Shown here in pieces: positions 1 through 9,850 of a stretch of DNA of 64,000 bases. The position numbers and the translations under genes are program-made. How positions within the stretch are numbered: the first letter of the stretch is position 1; every line of letters begins with the position of its first letter. The DNA lies in contig OZ223236.1 of the NCBI GenBank assembly GCA_965140445.1, positions 4,775,191 through 4,839,190 of the forward strand. The letters run 5' to 3'. The notes beneath the pieces are model-generated. The model worked only from the letters and a program-made list of their open reading frames with translations. It was not told where the DNA came from and searched no databases. Source of the stretch: Candidatus Ozemobacteraceae bacterium (GTDB taxonomy: Bacteria; Muiribacteriota; Ozemobacteria; Ozemobacterales; Ozemobacteraceae).

Positions 1-819
1 AACTGTTTTCAGAATTCTTGAAATAATACCATAACCGATCAAAATAATCTCAGCATCATCACAAAGATGCTTTTCAACTGCCATATCTTTCAATTCACCA
101 GTTGCGAAAGCATCAGAAATAACCTGATATTTTTGATACAGATGCCAGTTATGTTCTTCCAACTCATCCACATCAAGGAAAATTGATGTGCAGAGATTTC
201 TTTCTTTTTTATCTTCAGCACGATAGCCCAAAGCCCATTTCTTGCTCTGTATATCATAGTCAATTGGATCTGGAAGCTCTACAGGCTCCATCATTTGTCC
301 AAGAACACCATCGCTGAGAAGAATTACAGGATTTTTGTATTTGTCAGCCATTTCAAATCCTGCAATTGTCATATCGGCCATTTCCTGAACGGAGTTAGGA
401 GCAAGAACGATAGTTCTGTAATCTCCATGTCCACCGCCACGAGTTGACTGCCAGTAATCAGACTGTGCAGGAGCGATATTTCCAAGACCAGGGCCGCCAC
501 GTACAACGTTCACCATGAAACATGGCACTTCAGCGCCAGCTATATAGGAAATACCTTCTTGTTTCAAACTCATTCCAGGGCTGGAGCTACTTGTCATAAC
601 TCTTGCACCTGCGCTACCTGCACCATAAACCATGTTTATTGCTGCAACTTCACTTTCAGCCTGAACAAAAACGCCTTCAACTTCAGGGAGTCTTTTTGCC
701 AAATATGCTGGCAATTCAGACTGTGGAGTGATGGGGTAACCAAAATAATATCTACAACCAGCAAGAACAGCGGCTTCGCCGATAGCTTCATTGCCTTTCA
801 TAAGAACCTTTTTAGCCAT
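1..819 (-). CDS. 2-oxoacid:ferredoxin oxidoreductase alpha subunit (N-terminal part only; gene runs off the window edge)
   Basis: Absent from the ORF track because no stop lies in the window. My minus-strand translation from ATG 819..817 reads MAKKVLMKGNEAIGEAAVLAGCRYYFGYPITPQSE...VVRGGPGLGNI, typical of POR/KOR/VOR alpha. A GGAGAAA RBS lies upstream, and the gene follows the gamma and delta genes. Confidence 0.8.
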   Translation of the reverse strand, partial: MAKKVLMKGNEAIGEAAVLAGCRYYFGYPITPQSELPAYLAKRLPEVEGVFVQAESEVAAINMVYGAGSAGARVMTSSSSPGMSLKQEGISYIAGAEVPCFMVNVVRGGPGLGNIAPAQSDYWQSTRGGGHGDYRTIVLAPNSVQEMADMTIAGFEMADKYKNPVILLSDGVLGQMMEPVELPDPIDYDIQSKKWALGYRAEDKKERNLCTSIFLDVDELEEHNWHLYQKYQVISDAFATGELKDMAVEKHLCDDAEIILIGYGIISRILKTV

Positions 820-839
820 TATTCAATTTCTCCTTGGTT

Positions 840-1052
840 CTACTTTTCTTCTTTGTATACTTCAATTGCAACGTCAGGGCAACTTCTAGCGCAAATAGCG
901 CAGCTAGTACACTTTTCTTCGTTTAACATTTTTGAGGGACGAATTCCTTTTGCTGTCAGGTGATCAGCAAAACCCAGAACCTTCATTGGACAACGTTCAA
1001 TGCAAATTCCGCAACCCTTACAAAGTTTTTCATTAATAACCCATTTGGCCAT
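840..1052 (-). CDS. 2-oxoacid:ferredoxin oxidoreductase delta subunit (2x[4Fe-4S] ferredoxin)
   Basis: 70 aa with two CxxCxxCxxxCP clusters (CKGCGICIERCP, CTSCAICARSCP), located between the gamma and alpha genes. Confidence 0.85.
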   Translation of the reverse strand: MAKWVINEKLCKGCGICIERCPMKVLGFADHLTAKGIRPSKMLNEEKCTSCAICARSCPDVAIEVYKEEK

Positions 1053-1108
1053 CTATTTTCCTCCTGTCAAATGTTTCCCGGATTACCAGAAAACGGAAAA
1101 ACCTTTAA

Positions 1109-1660
1109 CTAAGCATTTTCGACGTATTCATAACCTTTTTTGAAAGCTTCAAGATTAATCTGTAGAAGCTCTTTTTTTGCCGAAGGTATTATCTTCGGAA
1201 ATGTTTCAACGACCTGATCATAGCTAAAAACACCAGTAGCTTTAGAGTAAGCTCCAACCATAACTATGTTTGCGACCTTTGCATTACCAAGCTCTTCTGC
1301 AATTTTATTAGCAGGAACCTCGACCACGCTAATGTCATCCCTAAATTCTTTCTTATCAATAAGAGAAGAATTATAAATCATCATACCACCAGATTTAATT
1401 TTTGGCTCAAATTTGGTGAGTGAAGGAAGATTCATTGCAATTAGTGTATCAGGTTCAAGCACCATAGGTGAAGCAATTTCCTTGTCAGAAAAAACTACTG
1501 AGCAATTCGCTGTTCCACCGCGCATTTCCGGGCCATAAGACGGAATCCAGGAAACTTTTTGCCCGATCGCCATGCCAACTTCCGCCAGCACTTTGCCGAG
1601 AAATAGTACACCCTGGCCGCCAAATCCGGCCATAATTACTTCTTCAATTTCCTTTCCCAT
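1109..1660 (-). CDS. 2-oxoacid:ferredoxin oxidoreductase gamma subunit
   Basis: 183 aa reading AGFGGQGVLFLGKVLA...SYGPEMRGGTANCSV, the characteristic gamma-subunit signature. The gamma-delta-alpha order is typical of the four-subunit POR/VOR type. Confidence 0.8.
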   Translation of the reverse strand: MGKEIEEVIMAGFGGQGVLFLGKVLAEVGMAIGQKVSWIPSYGPEMRGGTANCSVVFSDKEIASPMVLEPDTLIAMNLPSLTKFEPKIKSGGMMIYNSSLIDKKEFRDDISVVEVPANKIAEELGNAKVANIVMVGAYSKATGVFSYDQVVETFPKIIPSAKKELLQINLEAFKKGYEYVENA

Positions 1661-1735
1661 TTTTTTCTCCTTCTATTTCTAACGCCAGGCAATAGGATAA
1701 TCTATTGAGCGCTGGCGCTTCAAGCGCAATTTATT

Positions 1736-2464
1736 TTATTCGACTCCAAAATGCCAGGGAACGCTCCAGAATCTTTCTATGGCAAAAAGAATTTCTTTTT
1801 CTGTTTCTATAAAGCATCTTTCATTTAGTTCTTTTCCAGAAATTTCAGAGGCTAAATTTAAATCAGCCATGCAAAATGCAATTGGCAATCCAACTTCTTT
1901 AGAAAATTCTTTTATTGTTTCCATGCCTTCCATGAAAATTTCAAGAGAAGTCTCTCCCGATAGATTTGGGTTTGCAACAATCTGGGTAACACTTAAAGAA
2001 CTTAAACGGCAAAAGTTTTTATAACTTTCGAGCGTTTCTTCGATTGAAGTAAAACCTGGCCTATACGGATTCAAAACAAAGAAAACGTTTGCATTTCTTG
2101 CTTCAATAATTTCTTTAAGTCGGCCCAGGGGTCTTAATCCAGGCTCGCCACCGCCCACGTCACAAACAAGGGTATTTTCAGGATTCTGAATTGCGCCAAA
2201 AAGCTCAGCTGGTAACCCTGGAATGTCACCACTGGCGACACGGCTATCGGGCATAATAATATGAACCCCTTGCTCTTCCACTTCTTTTTTCAGCTTTCTA
2301 ACTCTGAAAAATGGGTTAACAATATCCAGATCAATAAGATTAGAGTTTTTACAGTTTTTGGCATTCCAAACGGCCAGATTCAAGGCTAATTCTGTTTTAC
2401 CCGCTCCAAGCCCGCCAATTAAAAAAGTCGCCTTAGGCGATCCTTGTAAATATGATAAATTCAT
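1736..2464 (-). CDS. P-loop NTPase (MinD/ParA/CooC-like)
   Basis: Walker A GGLGAGKT near the N-terminus. ATG at 2464 (MNLSYLQG...) is preferred over the TTG at 2488 used by the track. Confidence 0.5.
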   Translation of the reverse strand: MNLSYLQGSPKATFLIGGLGAGKTELALNLAVWNAKNCKNSNLIDLDIVNPFFRVRKLKKEVEEQGVHIIMPDSRVASGDIPGLPAELFGAIQNPENTLVCDVGGGEPGLRPLGRLKEIIEARNANVFFVLNPYRPGFTSIEETLESYKNFCRLSSLSVTQIVANPNLSGETSLEIFMEGMETIKEFSKEVGLPIAFCMADLNLASEISGKELNERCFIETEKEILFAIERFWSVPWHFGVE

Positions 2465-2619
2465 TAAATTTGCTCCAAATATGTGCAAATGATAACTTAT
2501 AGGATTTCAATAAACGGCTTATAACTCTTAATAAAACTATTGAGGCTATGAATCCCTATAAACATTGCATTCATTAATTATTTCGTTGACCAAATTCTTT
2601 TATTTATCTAGAAAAATCT

Positions 2620-3375
2620 CTAGATGTTTAATTTATAATCTCTACCGTAATTGTTATCCCAGCGAATTTGCAATTCTTCGTCAGTCCAGGTCGTCATTTG
2701 AAAGCAATAGCTTATCTTTGATCCGCGTGGTGCCCAAATAATTCCCTTGAAAACTCTTGGCACTGCAATACGACTAATTAAAGCTGCACGCCCATTCTCA
2801 AAAGATTTGTCCCCGCTTCGATAAAGCGCCTGGCTAACAGAAAAATCATCGCCCCATTTTATCCCATCCACTTCCAGTTCAGTAAACTGAGGGTAGGTCC
2901 AGTCATCAAGACTCCAATGAAGCTTTACATGAGTACATTCACCTGAATAGTCAATATACTCAAACTCGTGAGGGACAATCAATTGGGTGAAAGTATCTGT
3001 TGCATTTTCGCGCCCGTCTTCGTATCTCACCTGATAATAATAATGGAACAGATATTTCTCATTGCCATTATAGTGGGTGGGAAGACGAACAATCCAGCTT
3101 CGTTTTAAAGGGACACTTCCCCATTCGGGCATCATTTCAAAACTACTTGTATTGTTCCAATTTGCCGGGAGGCTAATTTGCCCAAGAGTCACAAACAACT
3201 TCACAGATGCAATACAATCGTCCTGATCAATCCATTCTTTTTTGATATAGCTATAACCTTCAAAAGGCATAGTTTCTGAGAGCTCTTGAGCTATACCGTC
3301 ACAACTGGCCTTATGAGTTTCCTCTTTAACCATTTCTTTTTGTAAAACTTCAGCGTTGTTTGCGTTTTCTTTCAC
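2620..3375 (-). CDS. Hypothetical protein with a C-terminal CBM21/CBM53-like (starch/glycogen-binding type) motif
   Basis: 251 aa. The C-terminal W-D-N-N-x-G-x-D-Y (RWDNNYGRDYKL) recalls the WDNNxGxNY motif of CBM21/53 modules. Called by eye only. Confidence 0.4.
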   Translation of the reverse strand: MKENANNAEVLQKEMVKEETHKASCDGIAQELSETMPFEGYSYIKKEWIDQDDCIASVKLFVTLGQISLPANWNNTSSFEMMPEWGSVPLKRSWIVRLPTHYNGNEKYLFHYYYQVRYEDGRENATDTFTQLIVPHEFEYIDYSGECTHVKLHWSLDDWTYPQFTELEVDGIKWGDDFSVSQALYRSGDKSFENGRAALISRIAVPRVFKGIIWAPRGSKISYCFQMTTWTDEELQIRWDNNYGRDYKLNI

Positions 3376-3448
3376 TTTTATATTCCTTATTTGTGAATTA
3401 TAACACAGATACGATTTATAAATAAAGAATCAACACTGCGTCTGGAAT

Positions 3449-4798
3449 TTATAGAGAACCGCCTCCCAAAGAGGCTTTAGCAGCTTCAATATCTCGAATC
3501 ATTGACTCGGCATCTTTAGCCATTTTTCCGGTTGGAGAAAGAGCAACAACTCTCTTGAAAGCTGTTATTGCGCGATCAAAGGATTCGGTATTTCCTGCCA
3601 ATCCTTTATCCGTGTAAGCCAACCCCATGTGATAATAGGTCTGAGAATCTTTATCATCTTTCAATATTGCCTGCTCAAACTGCAAAATGGCCTCGTCCAA
3701 ACGGCCTTTTTTGTATAGATCAAAGCCTTTATCATGGAACGCTCTTGCTTCCGCGTTTATACTGCCGGCTTTAGGCTTTTCGCCCTCAGTTTGTTTTTTT
3801 ATCTCGTCGAAAACATCTTTATTTCTAGCTGCCTCTTCGGCTTCCTGTTTTGCTCGAAGCTCCGCGGCCAACCGTTCTTCTTCAGCTCTCTTTATCGCTG
3901 CCAGCCGTTCTTCTTCCTGTTGTCGCCATTCTTTAAGGGTTTTAAAAACCTTGGTCAAACGTGGGCCAAACTTTCCGGGTTTTTCAGCAAAATATTTTAA
4001 AGTAAATTCAGCCTCTTTAAACATGCCGTTAACATAAAACAGCATCCCGGAGTAATATCTGGCTTCCTCATCATCTTTATGGTTCTCAAAGCGAGTAGCA
4101 AAAAACTCCTCCCCTTTTTGCAGCAGCCCTCGGTCATCCTGAGCTGCAAGACCAGGATCGTTTAACAGCAACTCAAAATATTTATCCAGTCCCGCAGTAA
4201 GGCCATTACCATCCCATAGCTTAAAGACTTCAGATAACGGACCGTCATTCTCTTCAAGGGCAAGTAGATCTATTTCTTTTTCCTCTTTCTTTTCAACCTT
4301 GATCTCAACATCATCAAAAACCAGCATTTTTTCTTCGGTTTTATCTGGAACAACCTTAGCTTCAGGTATAACCAGTCCATATTTCCTCAATCTTGTACCA
4401 GATCCGAGAAGAGTCAATGCTTCATAAAGCACAAGATCACTCTGGACTTTGTTTTTAACATCTCCCTCCCCACCTAGAATCTGTGTCAACTGGATTACCT
4501 TTGGATGGTCCGGAGCTTGGATTGAAGCTTCTCTCAAAACTTTTTTAGCTTTATCAATCTCTTTCATATCAGCATAAACCTGAGCAAGCCAAATCTGTGC
4601 CTCAAAGTTTTTCCGATCGATTAAAAGAATATTTTCGAACTCAATTGCGGCGCCAGATAAGTCGCCGGAGTTATAGCACTTCTGACCATACTTTAAGAAT
4701 CCAGCTATATCTTCATCTGTTTGAGCATTGGCCATCGAAAAAATCCCAAAGCCCAAAATAGCCAGAAGAAAAAAGGTTTTACGCGCTATATTATTCAT
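3449..4798 (-). CDS. Secreted TPR-repeat protein with a central charged coiled-coil
   Basis: Signal peptide MNNIARKTFFLLAILGFGIFSMANA. TPR-like repeats at both ends and a Glu/Arg/Ala-rich repeat (EEERLAAIKRAEEERLAAELRAKQEAEEA). The start overlaps the upstream stop (TAATG). Confidence 0.7.
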   Translation of the reverse strand: MNNIARKTFFLLAILGFGIFSMANAQTDEDIAGFLKYGQKCYNSGDLSGAAIEFENILLIDRKNFEAQIWLAQVYADMKEIDKAKKVLREASIQAPDHPKVIQLTQILGGEGDVKNKVQSDLVLYEALTLLGSGTRLRKYGLVIPEAKVVPDKTEEKMLVFDDVEIKVEKKEEKEIDLLALEENDGPLSEVFKLWDGNGLTAGLDKYFELLLNDPGLAAQDDRGLLQKGEEFFATRFENHKDDEEARYYSGMLFYVNGMFKEAEFTLKYFAEKPGKFGPRLTKVFKTLKEWRQQEEERLAAIKRAEEERLAAELRAKQEAEEAARNKDVFDEIKKQTEGEKPKAGSINAEARAFHDKGFDLYKKGRLDEAILQFEQAILKDDKDSQTYYHMGLAYTDKGLAGNTESFDRAITAFKRVVALSPTGKMAKDAESMIRDIEAAKASLGGGSL

Positions 4799-6075
4799 TA
4801 GTAAAAAGTTATTTCCTGATCTAAAACGGCAATTTTTATCTGTAATCTGGATCTTGTGGTAAAAACATGCAACTGCTTATCAGTATAATTGATTCCACCA
4901 GCGGCAATCATTTCAAGAAAACCATCTCCATCAAGATCGGCAAAAGTCAGTGGAGCAACAGTTTTACCTATATACTTGGGAAACCCGCGTAACGGAGTTC
5001 CGTTTTTGCTTAGAGCCATTACATATCCGGCTTTTTTTCCAGTTCCTTCAGGATTCCAGGCTGTAAAAATTAAATCCAGATTTCCGTCTCCATCATAATC
5101 TATAATTCTAGGGGCATGATAAATCGAATGCCCGGTTCGAAATGGCCAGCCTTTTAGAGACGTTCCATTTTTATTACAAACCATTACAGTTCCATCTGCC
5201 TGACCAATAATGAACTCATCCTTACCATCTCCATTTAAGTCAGCTAATTGTGGTGCCGTATGAGCACCATCGCTAAGAGCAAAAGAAGATTTCACTGATC
5301 CGTCCAGGTTCCAGAGCATAAATTTTTTGTCAGGTGTGGTTGTAAAAATCTCTTTAACACCATCACCATCAATATCATTAGCATCAACATTAAAAGGCCA
5401 GGTTTTGTTTGGAGAAGTAGCCTGTGGCCATCCGTTTATCATAGTTCCAGAGTCTCTAAGAATAGAAACCTTACCGCTATCATCTTTACAAAGAACTTCT
5501 TTTATTCCATCGCCGTCCATATCACGAGCCACAACTTTGGCTGAAACAGATGTAACCATCTTAATTTCCCATACCAGCTGACCGTCTTTATCAATACGGC
5601 TTACTGAACCGGCCTTTGATCCAATGAAAACATCCTGATTTCCGTCACCGTTAACATCAGCAATTTCTGGGGGAGAAACCAGAATTTTACCCCTGGTGTT
5701 GATTACCCACTTTTCTTTGCCAAGTGTATTGAGACAATAAACTTTACCATCCTGGGACCCGGCAATTATTTCAGGCTTTCCATCATTTTCCAGATCGGCA
5801 ATCTGAACGTCAGCCAAAATCGGCCCACCAGTCTGTTTTGGCCAATAAGGCGGGCGAAAGATTTCTGTTCCCTTTGAAGAGAAAATGTGAATTTTTCCAT
5901 CTGTAGCACCAAAAACAATGTCTTTTTTGCCATCACCATCAAAGTCTTCAATGACTTTTGGTTGTCCATAGATATCGCCATGAACCTGTGCAGAAAATTC
6001 AGGTGAAGCGCCATATAAAAAATTGGAAAAGCCAAACAACACCAGCAATAAAGAAAAAAACCTTCGATTGCTCAT
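4798..6075 (-). CDS. Secreted FG-GAP/VCBS-repeat beta-propeller protein
   Basis: Eight DxDGDG-type loops (DFDGDGKKD, DLENDGKPE, DVNGDGNQD, DMDGDGIKE, DIDGDGVKE, DLNGDGKDE, DYDGDGNLD, DLDGDGFLE). ATG at 6075 (MSNRRFFSLLLVLFGF...) has an AGGAGAG RBS and gives a signal peptide. Confidence 0.75.
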   Translation of the reverse strand: MSNRRFFSLLLVLFGFSNFLYGASPEFSAQVHGDIYGQPKVIEDFDGDGKKDIVFGATDGKIHIFSSKGTEIFRPPYWPKQTGGPILADVQIADLENDGKPEIIAGSQDGKVYCLNTLGKEKWVINTRGKILVSPPEIADVNGDGNQDVFIGSKAGSVSRIDKDGQLVWEIKMVTSVSAKVVARDMDGDGIKEVLCKDDSGKVSILRDSGTMINGWPQATSPNKTWPFNVDANDIDGDGVKEIFTTTPDKKFMLWNLDGSVKSSFALSDGAHTAPQLADLNGDGKDEFIIGQADGTVMVCNKNGTSLKGWPFRTGHSIYHAPRIIDYDGDGNLDLIFTAWNPEGTGKKAGYVMALSKNGTPLRGFPKYIGKTVAPLTFADLDGDGFLEMIAAGGINYTDKQLHVFTTRSRLQIKIAVLDQEITFY

Positions 6076-6097
6076 TTTTATGCTCTCCTTCTGTAAA

Positions 6098-6616
6098 CTA
6101 ATATGAAACATAGTCACGATAGACTTTTATTAAGCTCGTTATCTCAGCTGTAATGCCAGTTGCCTTAACCTTTCCACTGGTGACTACTTCCCAGATATCA
6201 TATCTTCCGATAATTACCCCTTTTTGTTTATGGGGAACATTGTAAAAGCTTCTGTTAGAGGTTGGACTATCGTAAGGTTTAACCGAGAGCACAGAGAAAG
6301 AACCGTCAGGAAATTCAATATTATATTCTTTGTCAGTTCTATCTTTTACAAACTTGGACGGATACTCAAGGTTGTGGTCTCCAGAAGAATAATGATTAAT
6401 AATATTAATTTTAACCTTTTCAACTGCGGCTTGAGCTAAAGCGCGAGCCTTTATTCTATGGGCCTCACGAACAATCATGTCAGTGCTTACTCTTGAAGTA
6501 AGCCAGTAAGATGTGCCCATAATTCCAAAAATGGCCAAAAGAACGAGGGCTATCATTGCAATAAACCCACCGTCATTTCTGCTTAATTTTGAAATTCCGC
6601 ATCTATAATCTGGCAT
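6098..6616 (-). CDS. PilX/GspK-like minor pseudopilin (non-canonical N-terminus)
   Basis: N-terminal hydrophobic helix GGFIAMIALVLLAIFGIMG without the G/FTLxE processing site. Sits immediately downstream of two canonical prepilin genes. Confidence 0.45.
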   Translation of the reverse strand: MPDYRCGISKLSRNDGGFIAMIALVLLAIFGIMGTSYWLTSRVSTDMIVREAHRIKARALAQAAVEKVKINIINHYSSGDHNLEYPSKFVKDRTDKEYNIEFPDGSFSVLSVKPYDSPTSNRSFYNVPHKQKGVIIGRYDIWEVVTSGKVKATGITAEITSLIKVYRDYVSY

Positions 6617-6621
6617 TTTAA

Positions 6622-7245
6622 TTATTTATCCACCATTTTTACGCAAACAAGGTCAGTATCTAATCTCACCGCAAAATTTAACTTTTCAATCATTTTTGGA
6701 TTCTTTGGGTCCTGAATATCAACCTTAACCACTATTTCTCTAATATCATCGGGGTTTAGATTAAATTTTAATTCCGATGCTTTCTCGGCTAAATACTTCT
6801 GCTTCTTATTTCCATCATAATCAGTGATTTCACGAACCAATTTTGATCCATCCAGAAAATAATGAATGGTTTCTTTTCGCCCTTCTGACTTGAGCCCGGC
6901 GTGAAAGAAGTTTAATTCTTCCCCACCGTTGAGAGCGTCATTATCTGTATTAACAAGGGTAATCAAATTTGGAAACATATCGCCGATCTTTTCGCCCTGA
7001 AACCAGATATCACCATCTGCATCTTCGAGAACCACGGGATTAATTCTTTTCAAATCAGTAAAAACCTGTTTCATAATCAGCTGAATCTGCTGATTAAATT
7101 CCATATGTTTCTGTCCCCACTTCCAGGCATTTATGTTACTTCTGAAAACCATAATTAAAACTAATGCAATCATGGCAATAATAAGCGCAGAAACACTGAG
7201 CTCAACTAGGGTGAAACCTGATTTTGTTTTGGTAGGTTTTATCAT
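6622..7245 (-). CDS. Type IV pilin/pseudopilin (prepilin-type N-terminal cleavage/methylation domain)
   Basis: MIKPTKTKSG/FTLVELSVSALIIAMIALVL: short basic leader, G/F cleavage site, Glu at +5. Confidence 0.8.
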   Translation of the reverse strand: MIKPTKTKSGFTLVELSVSALIIAMIALVLIMVFRSNINAWKWGQKHMEFNQQIQLIMKQVFTDLKRINPVVLEDADGDIWFQGEKIGDMFPNLITLVNTDNDALNGGEELNFFHAGLKSEGRKETIHYFLDGSKLVREITDYDGNKKQKYLAEKASELKFNLNPDDIREIVVKVDIQDPKNPKMIEKLNFAVRLDTDLVCVKMVDK

Positions 7246-7252
7246 TATATAA

Positions 7253-7729
7253 TTAGAAATTCGTCGAAGTCTTTAAATTAAGAGAATTAGTATTTGCCCG
7301 ATAGGTCAGCACACGGAAATTCTTTGCAAATCCATTTTCAATCCAATTTAAGATTACTGTAAGCTGGATAAGATTCTGCTCCTTGGCACCAGTCCCTATA
7401 ACCGTGTGCCCGTCGGCCTCTTCAATGGTCAGAGTAGCTGAAGCATTATACTTTTTTGCAAAAAACTCGGGAATGGTAAATTGTTTATAATCTCTACTGG
7501 GAATATTTATGGTTATAGGGATTTTTTTCCACAGAAAAGAATCGCTTTTTGCCCGGTCCAAAATGTTTTGTGCAGCAATTGATGCTTCCAGAATAACTCC
7601 ACCCTTTTCAACCGTCCTTGAGCCCGAGAGAAAAAGACCTATAACAGGTATAACACCAACCCCTATAATAAAAACGGCCAGCATAACTTCTATGAGGGTA
7701 AATCCAGCACTATTTCTGAAATTCTTCAT
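7253..7729 (-). CDS. Type IV pilin/pseudopilin (prepilin-type N-terminal cleavage/methylation domain)
   Basis: MKNFRNSAG/FTLIEVMLAVFIIGVGVIPV. ATG at 7729 overlaps the upstream stop (TGATG); the track starts one codon earlier at a TTG. Confidence 0.8.
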   Translation of the reverse strand: MKNFRNSAGFTLIEVMLAVFIIGVGVIPVIGLFLSGSRTVEKGGVILEASIAAQNILDRAKSDSFLWKKIPITINIPSRDYKQFTIPEFFAKKYNASATLTIEEADGHTVIGTGAKEQNLIQLTVILNWIENGFAKNFRVLTYRANTNSLNLKTSTNF

Positions 7730-8322
7730 CAATACCCTCGCCTTTTTCGATCCTCTACGTCAGGTGAAATATAATCTTTCTCATATACTTCAAAACTTTC
7801 GATGTAGCTGATACCAGCTCTGGCATTTTCAGCAGCCTGGCTATTTGGATAATTGGCCACGATTCTTTTATAGGTTGCCAGCGCCAGTTTGTTAGATTTG
7901 TTGCGGAAAAACATTTCGGCAATACACAATTCGGCGACGCTGGCTTCTTCAGAGTTCGGATATCGCTTTATAATTTCTTCGAAAATATTTATAGCGTCAC
8001 CAAACTCACCTTTTTCCATTAGATCAACGCCTTTGACGTATTTTTCTTCAAAGAAGCTGCCCTGACCAGTGCGGGAAGTTTTTTTTCCAGCATGACCACC
8101 TATGGAATAATTCAAGCCAGTGTTTTCAAGCTGAGCGATGGGTGTATCAGAAACTTGTTTAACAGGCTTTTTTTCACCCGAGCTTCCTGTTCCTGATGTG
8201 ATCGATGAACCTGAGCCAGCTGAATCAGAGTTTCTCTTTTGCCCCCTTTTGCAGCATCCAACAGCGAATGCCATTGCAACAATCGCAATTAGAACTAATA
8301 TGCGGCTTTTAAAAAAACTCAT
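7729..8322 (-). CDS. TPR lipoprotein (BamD/YbgF-CpoB-like)
   Basis: ATG at 8322 gives MSFFKSRILVLIAIVAMAFAVGC (lipobox AVGC). A Ser/Gly linker is followed by TPR-like repeats with a twice-repeated YPNS motif. Confidence 0.6.
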   Translation of the reverse strand: MSFFKSRILVLIAIVAMAFAVGCCKRGQKRNSDSAGSGSSITSGTGSSGEKKPVKQVSDTPIAQLENTGLNYSIGGHAGKKTSRTGQGSFFEEKYVKGVDLMEKGEFGDAINIFEEIIKRYPNSEEASVAELCIAEMFFRNKSNKLALATYKRIVANYPNSQAAENARAGISYIESFEVYEKDYISPDVEDRKRRGY

Positions 8323-8338
8323 TAAGCTATCTCTAGAA

Positions 8339-9688
8339 TCAACAAAGATGACAGGATATGGTTTGAGCAATATCCTCTACTAACCCCTTGATTTCTTTTT
8401 CATCTGGTCCTTCGGCCATAACTCTAACCAGATTCTCTGTGCCTGAAGGTCTTACCAGAACCCTTCCACGACCGGATAGTTGCTTTTCGGTATTTGAAAT
8501 AGCATCTACTATGGCGGGTATTTCATCGAAGTTTTTGTTCTTAACCCTGATATTTACAAGAACCTGTGGAAGCTTACTCATAACATTGCTTAGCTCTTTT
8601 AAGCTTGCGCCAGTTTCTCTCATAATCTTTAGAATGTAGCAGGCGGTCAATAAACCATCACCAGTTGTAGAATAATCGGACAGAATGATGTGACCAGATT
8701 GTTCGCCACCAACAATGGATTTGTTTTTATGCATTTCTTCAAGTACAAATCTATCGCCAACTTTTGTTTTTAGAACCTTAATATCAAGATTCTTCATGGC
8801 AAGATCCAATCCAAGATTAGCCATAACAGTAGTTACAAGAGAGTTTCCTGGAAGTTTATCTCTCTCTTTGAGGTATTTGGCAGTGATGGCGAGTATAAAG
8901 TCACCATCAATAACATCCCCATCACTTGCAACAGCAATAACCCTATCTGCATCGCCATCAAATGAAAAGCCCACGTCAAAATGTTCGCGCTTCATAACTT
9001 CAAGAATTGCAGACATTTTTGTTGAGCCAACTCCAGCATTAATATTGATTCCGTCTGGATTTATCCCAATTGCATCTACGCTATAACCAAGCTCACTGAA
9101 AAAAGCTGGTGCAATGCCTGCCAAAGAGCCGTTTGCACAATCCATAGCAATCTTAAGCTTTCTTGAACCTGCATTTTCGCCAACTACTTTAGACAATTTG
9201 CTCAACCAGAAGCTACAGGAGTTCTTATCAGTATTAATAGAGCCGACATGCTCACCAACAGGAAGTTCTGGTCTTTCTTTGCTAAATAAATCAGCTTCAA
9301 TAGCTTCTTCAATAGCATCACTAATTTTAAAGCCATCCGGACCAAAAATTTTGATACCGTTATCCTGGAAAGGATTGTGCGAAGCACTAATCATTACGCC
9401 GCCTAATCCTTGAAGCTCTTTTGTTACAAAAGCGACAGCAGGAGTTGGAACCACTCCAAGCAATCTGGCTTCAGCCCCCATTGAGGCTACCCCAGCGGCA
9501 ACTGCATGTTCTAACATATCCCCAGATCTTCTGGTATCTTTCCCAATAAAAATTGGGCGATTCTTTTTCTTATGATTCAAAAGAAGCTGTTTAGTCGCAG
9601 CTTGAGCTATTCTATATGCCGTGTTTCCATCAAGAGGAAACTTGTTTGCAAGGCCTCTAATACCATCAGTACCAAAGAGTCGAGTCAT
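8339..9688 (-). CDS. glmM: Phosphoglucosamine mutase
   Basis: 449 aa. MTRLFGTDGIRG start, phosphoserine loop SASHNPFQDNGIK, metal loop FDGDADR, GEQSGH. Confidence 0.95.
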   Translation of the reverse strand: MTRLFGTDGIRGLANKFPLDGNTAYRIAQAATKQLLLNHKKKNRPIFIGKDTRRSGDMLEHAVAAGVASMGAEARLLGVVPTPAVAFVTKELQGLGGVMISASHNPFQDNGIKIFGPDGFKISDAIEEAIEADLFSKERPELPVGEHVGSINTDKNSCSFWLSKLSKVVGENAGSRKLKIAMDCANGSLAGIAPAFFSELGYSVDAIGINPDGININAGVGSTKMSAILEVMKREHFDVGFSFDGDADRVIAVASDGDVIDGDFILAITAKYLKERDKLPGNSLVTTVMANLGLDLAMKNLDIKVLKTKVGDRFVLEEMHKNKSIVGGEQSGHIILSDYSTTGDGLLTACYILKIMRETGASLKELSNVMSKLPQVLVNIRVKNKNFDEIPAIVDAISNTEKQLSGRGRVLVRPSGTENLVRVMAEGPDEKEIKGLVEDIAQTISCHLC

Positions 9689-9850
9689 TCGTCTGGCTCT
9701 CCTGTCTATTTTTTTAAATAATTTTCTTATACCATTCTAAACTAAATGGGCTTTTCTCTCAATCCTTTTACCTCAAAGCAGTACCCCTAAAATAAAAAAA
9801 TCAGAGAAACCCCGCTACGAATGGAGCTTCTCCGATTAATTTAATTTTTA

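Noticed and set aside
9780-9850. Possible terminator hairpin after the V-ATPase K gene (GGAGAAGCTCC... / GGGGTTTCTCTGATTTTTTT on the minus strand).
   Set aside because: I could not fold a convincing GC-rich stem directly abutting the T-run, so it is left unannotated.
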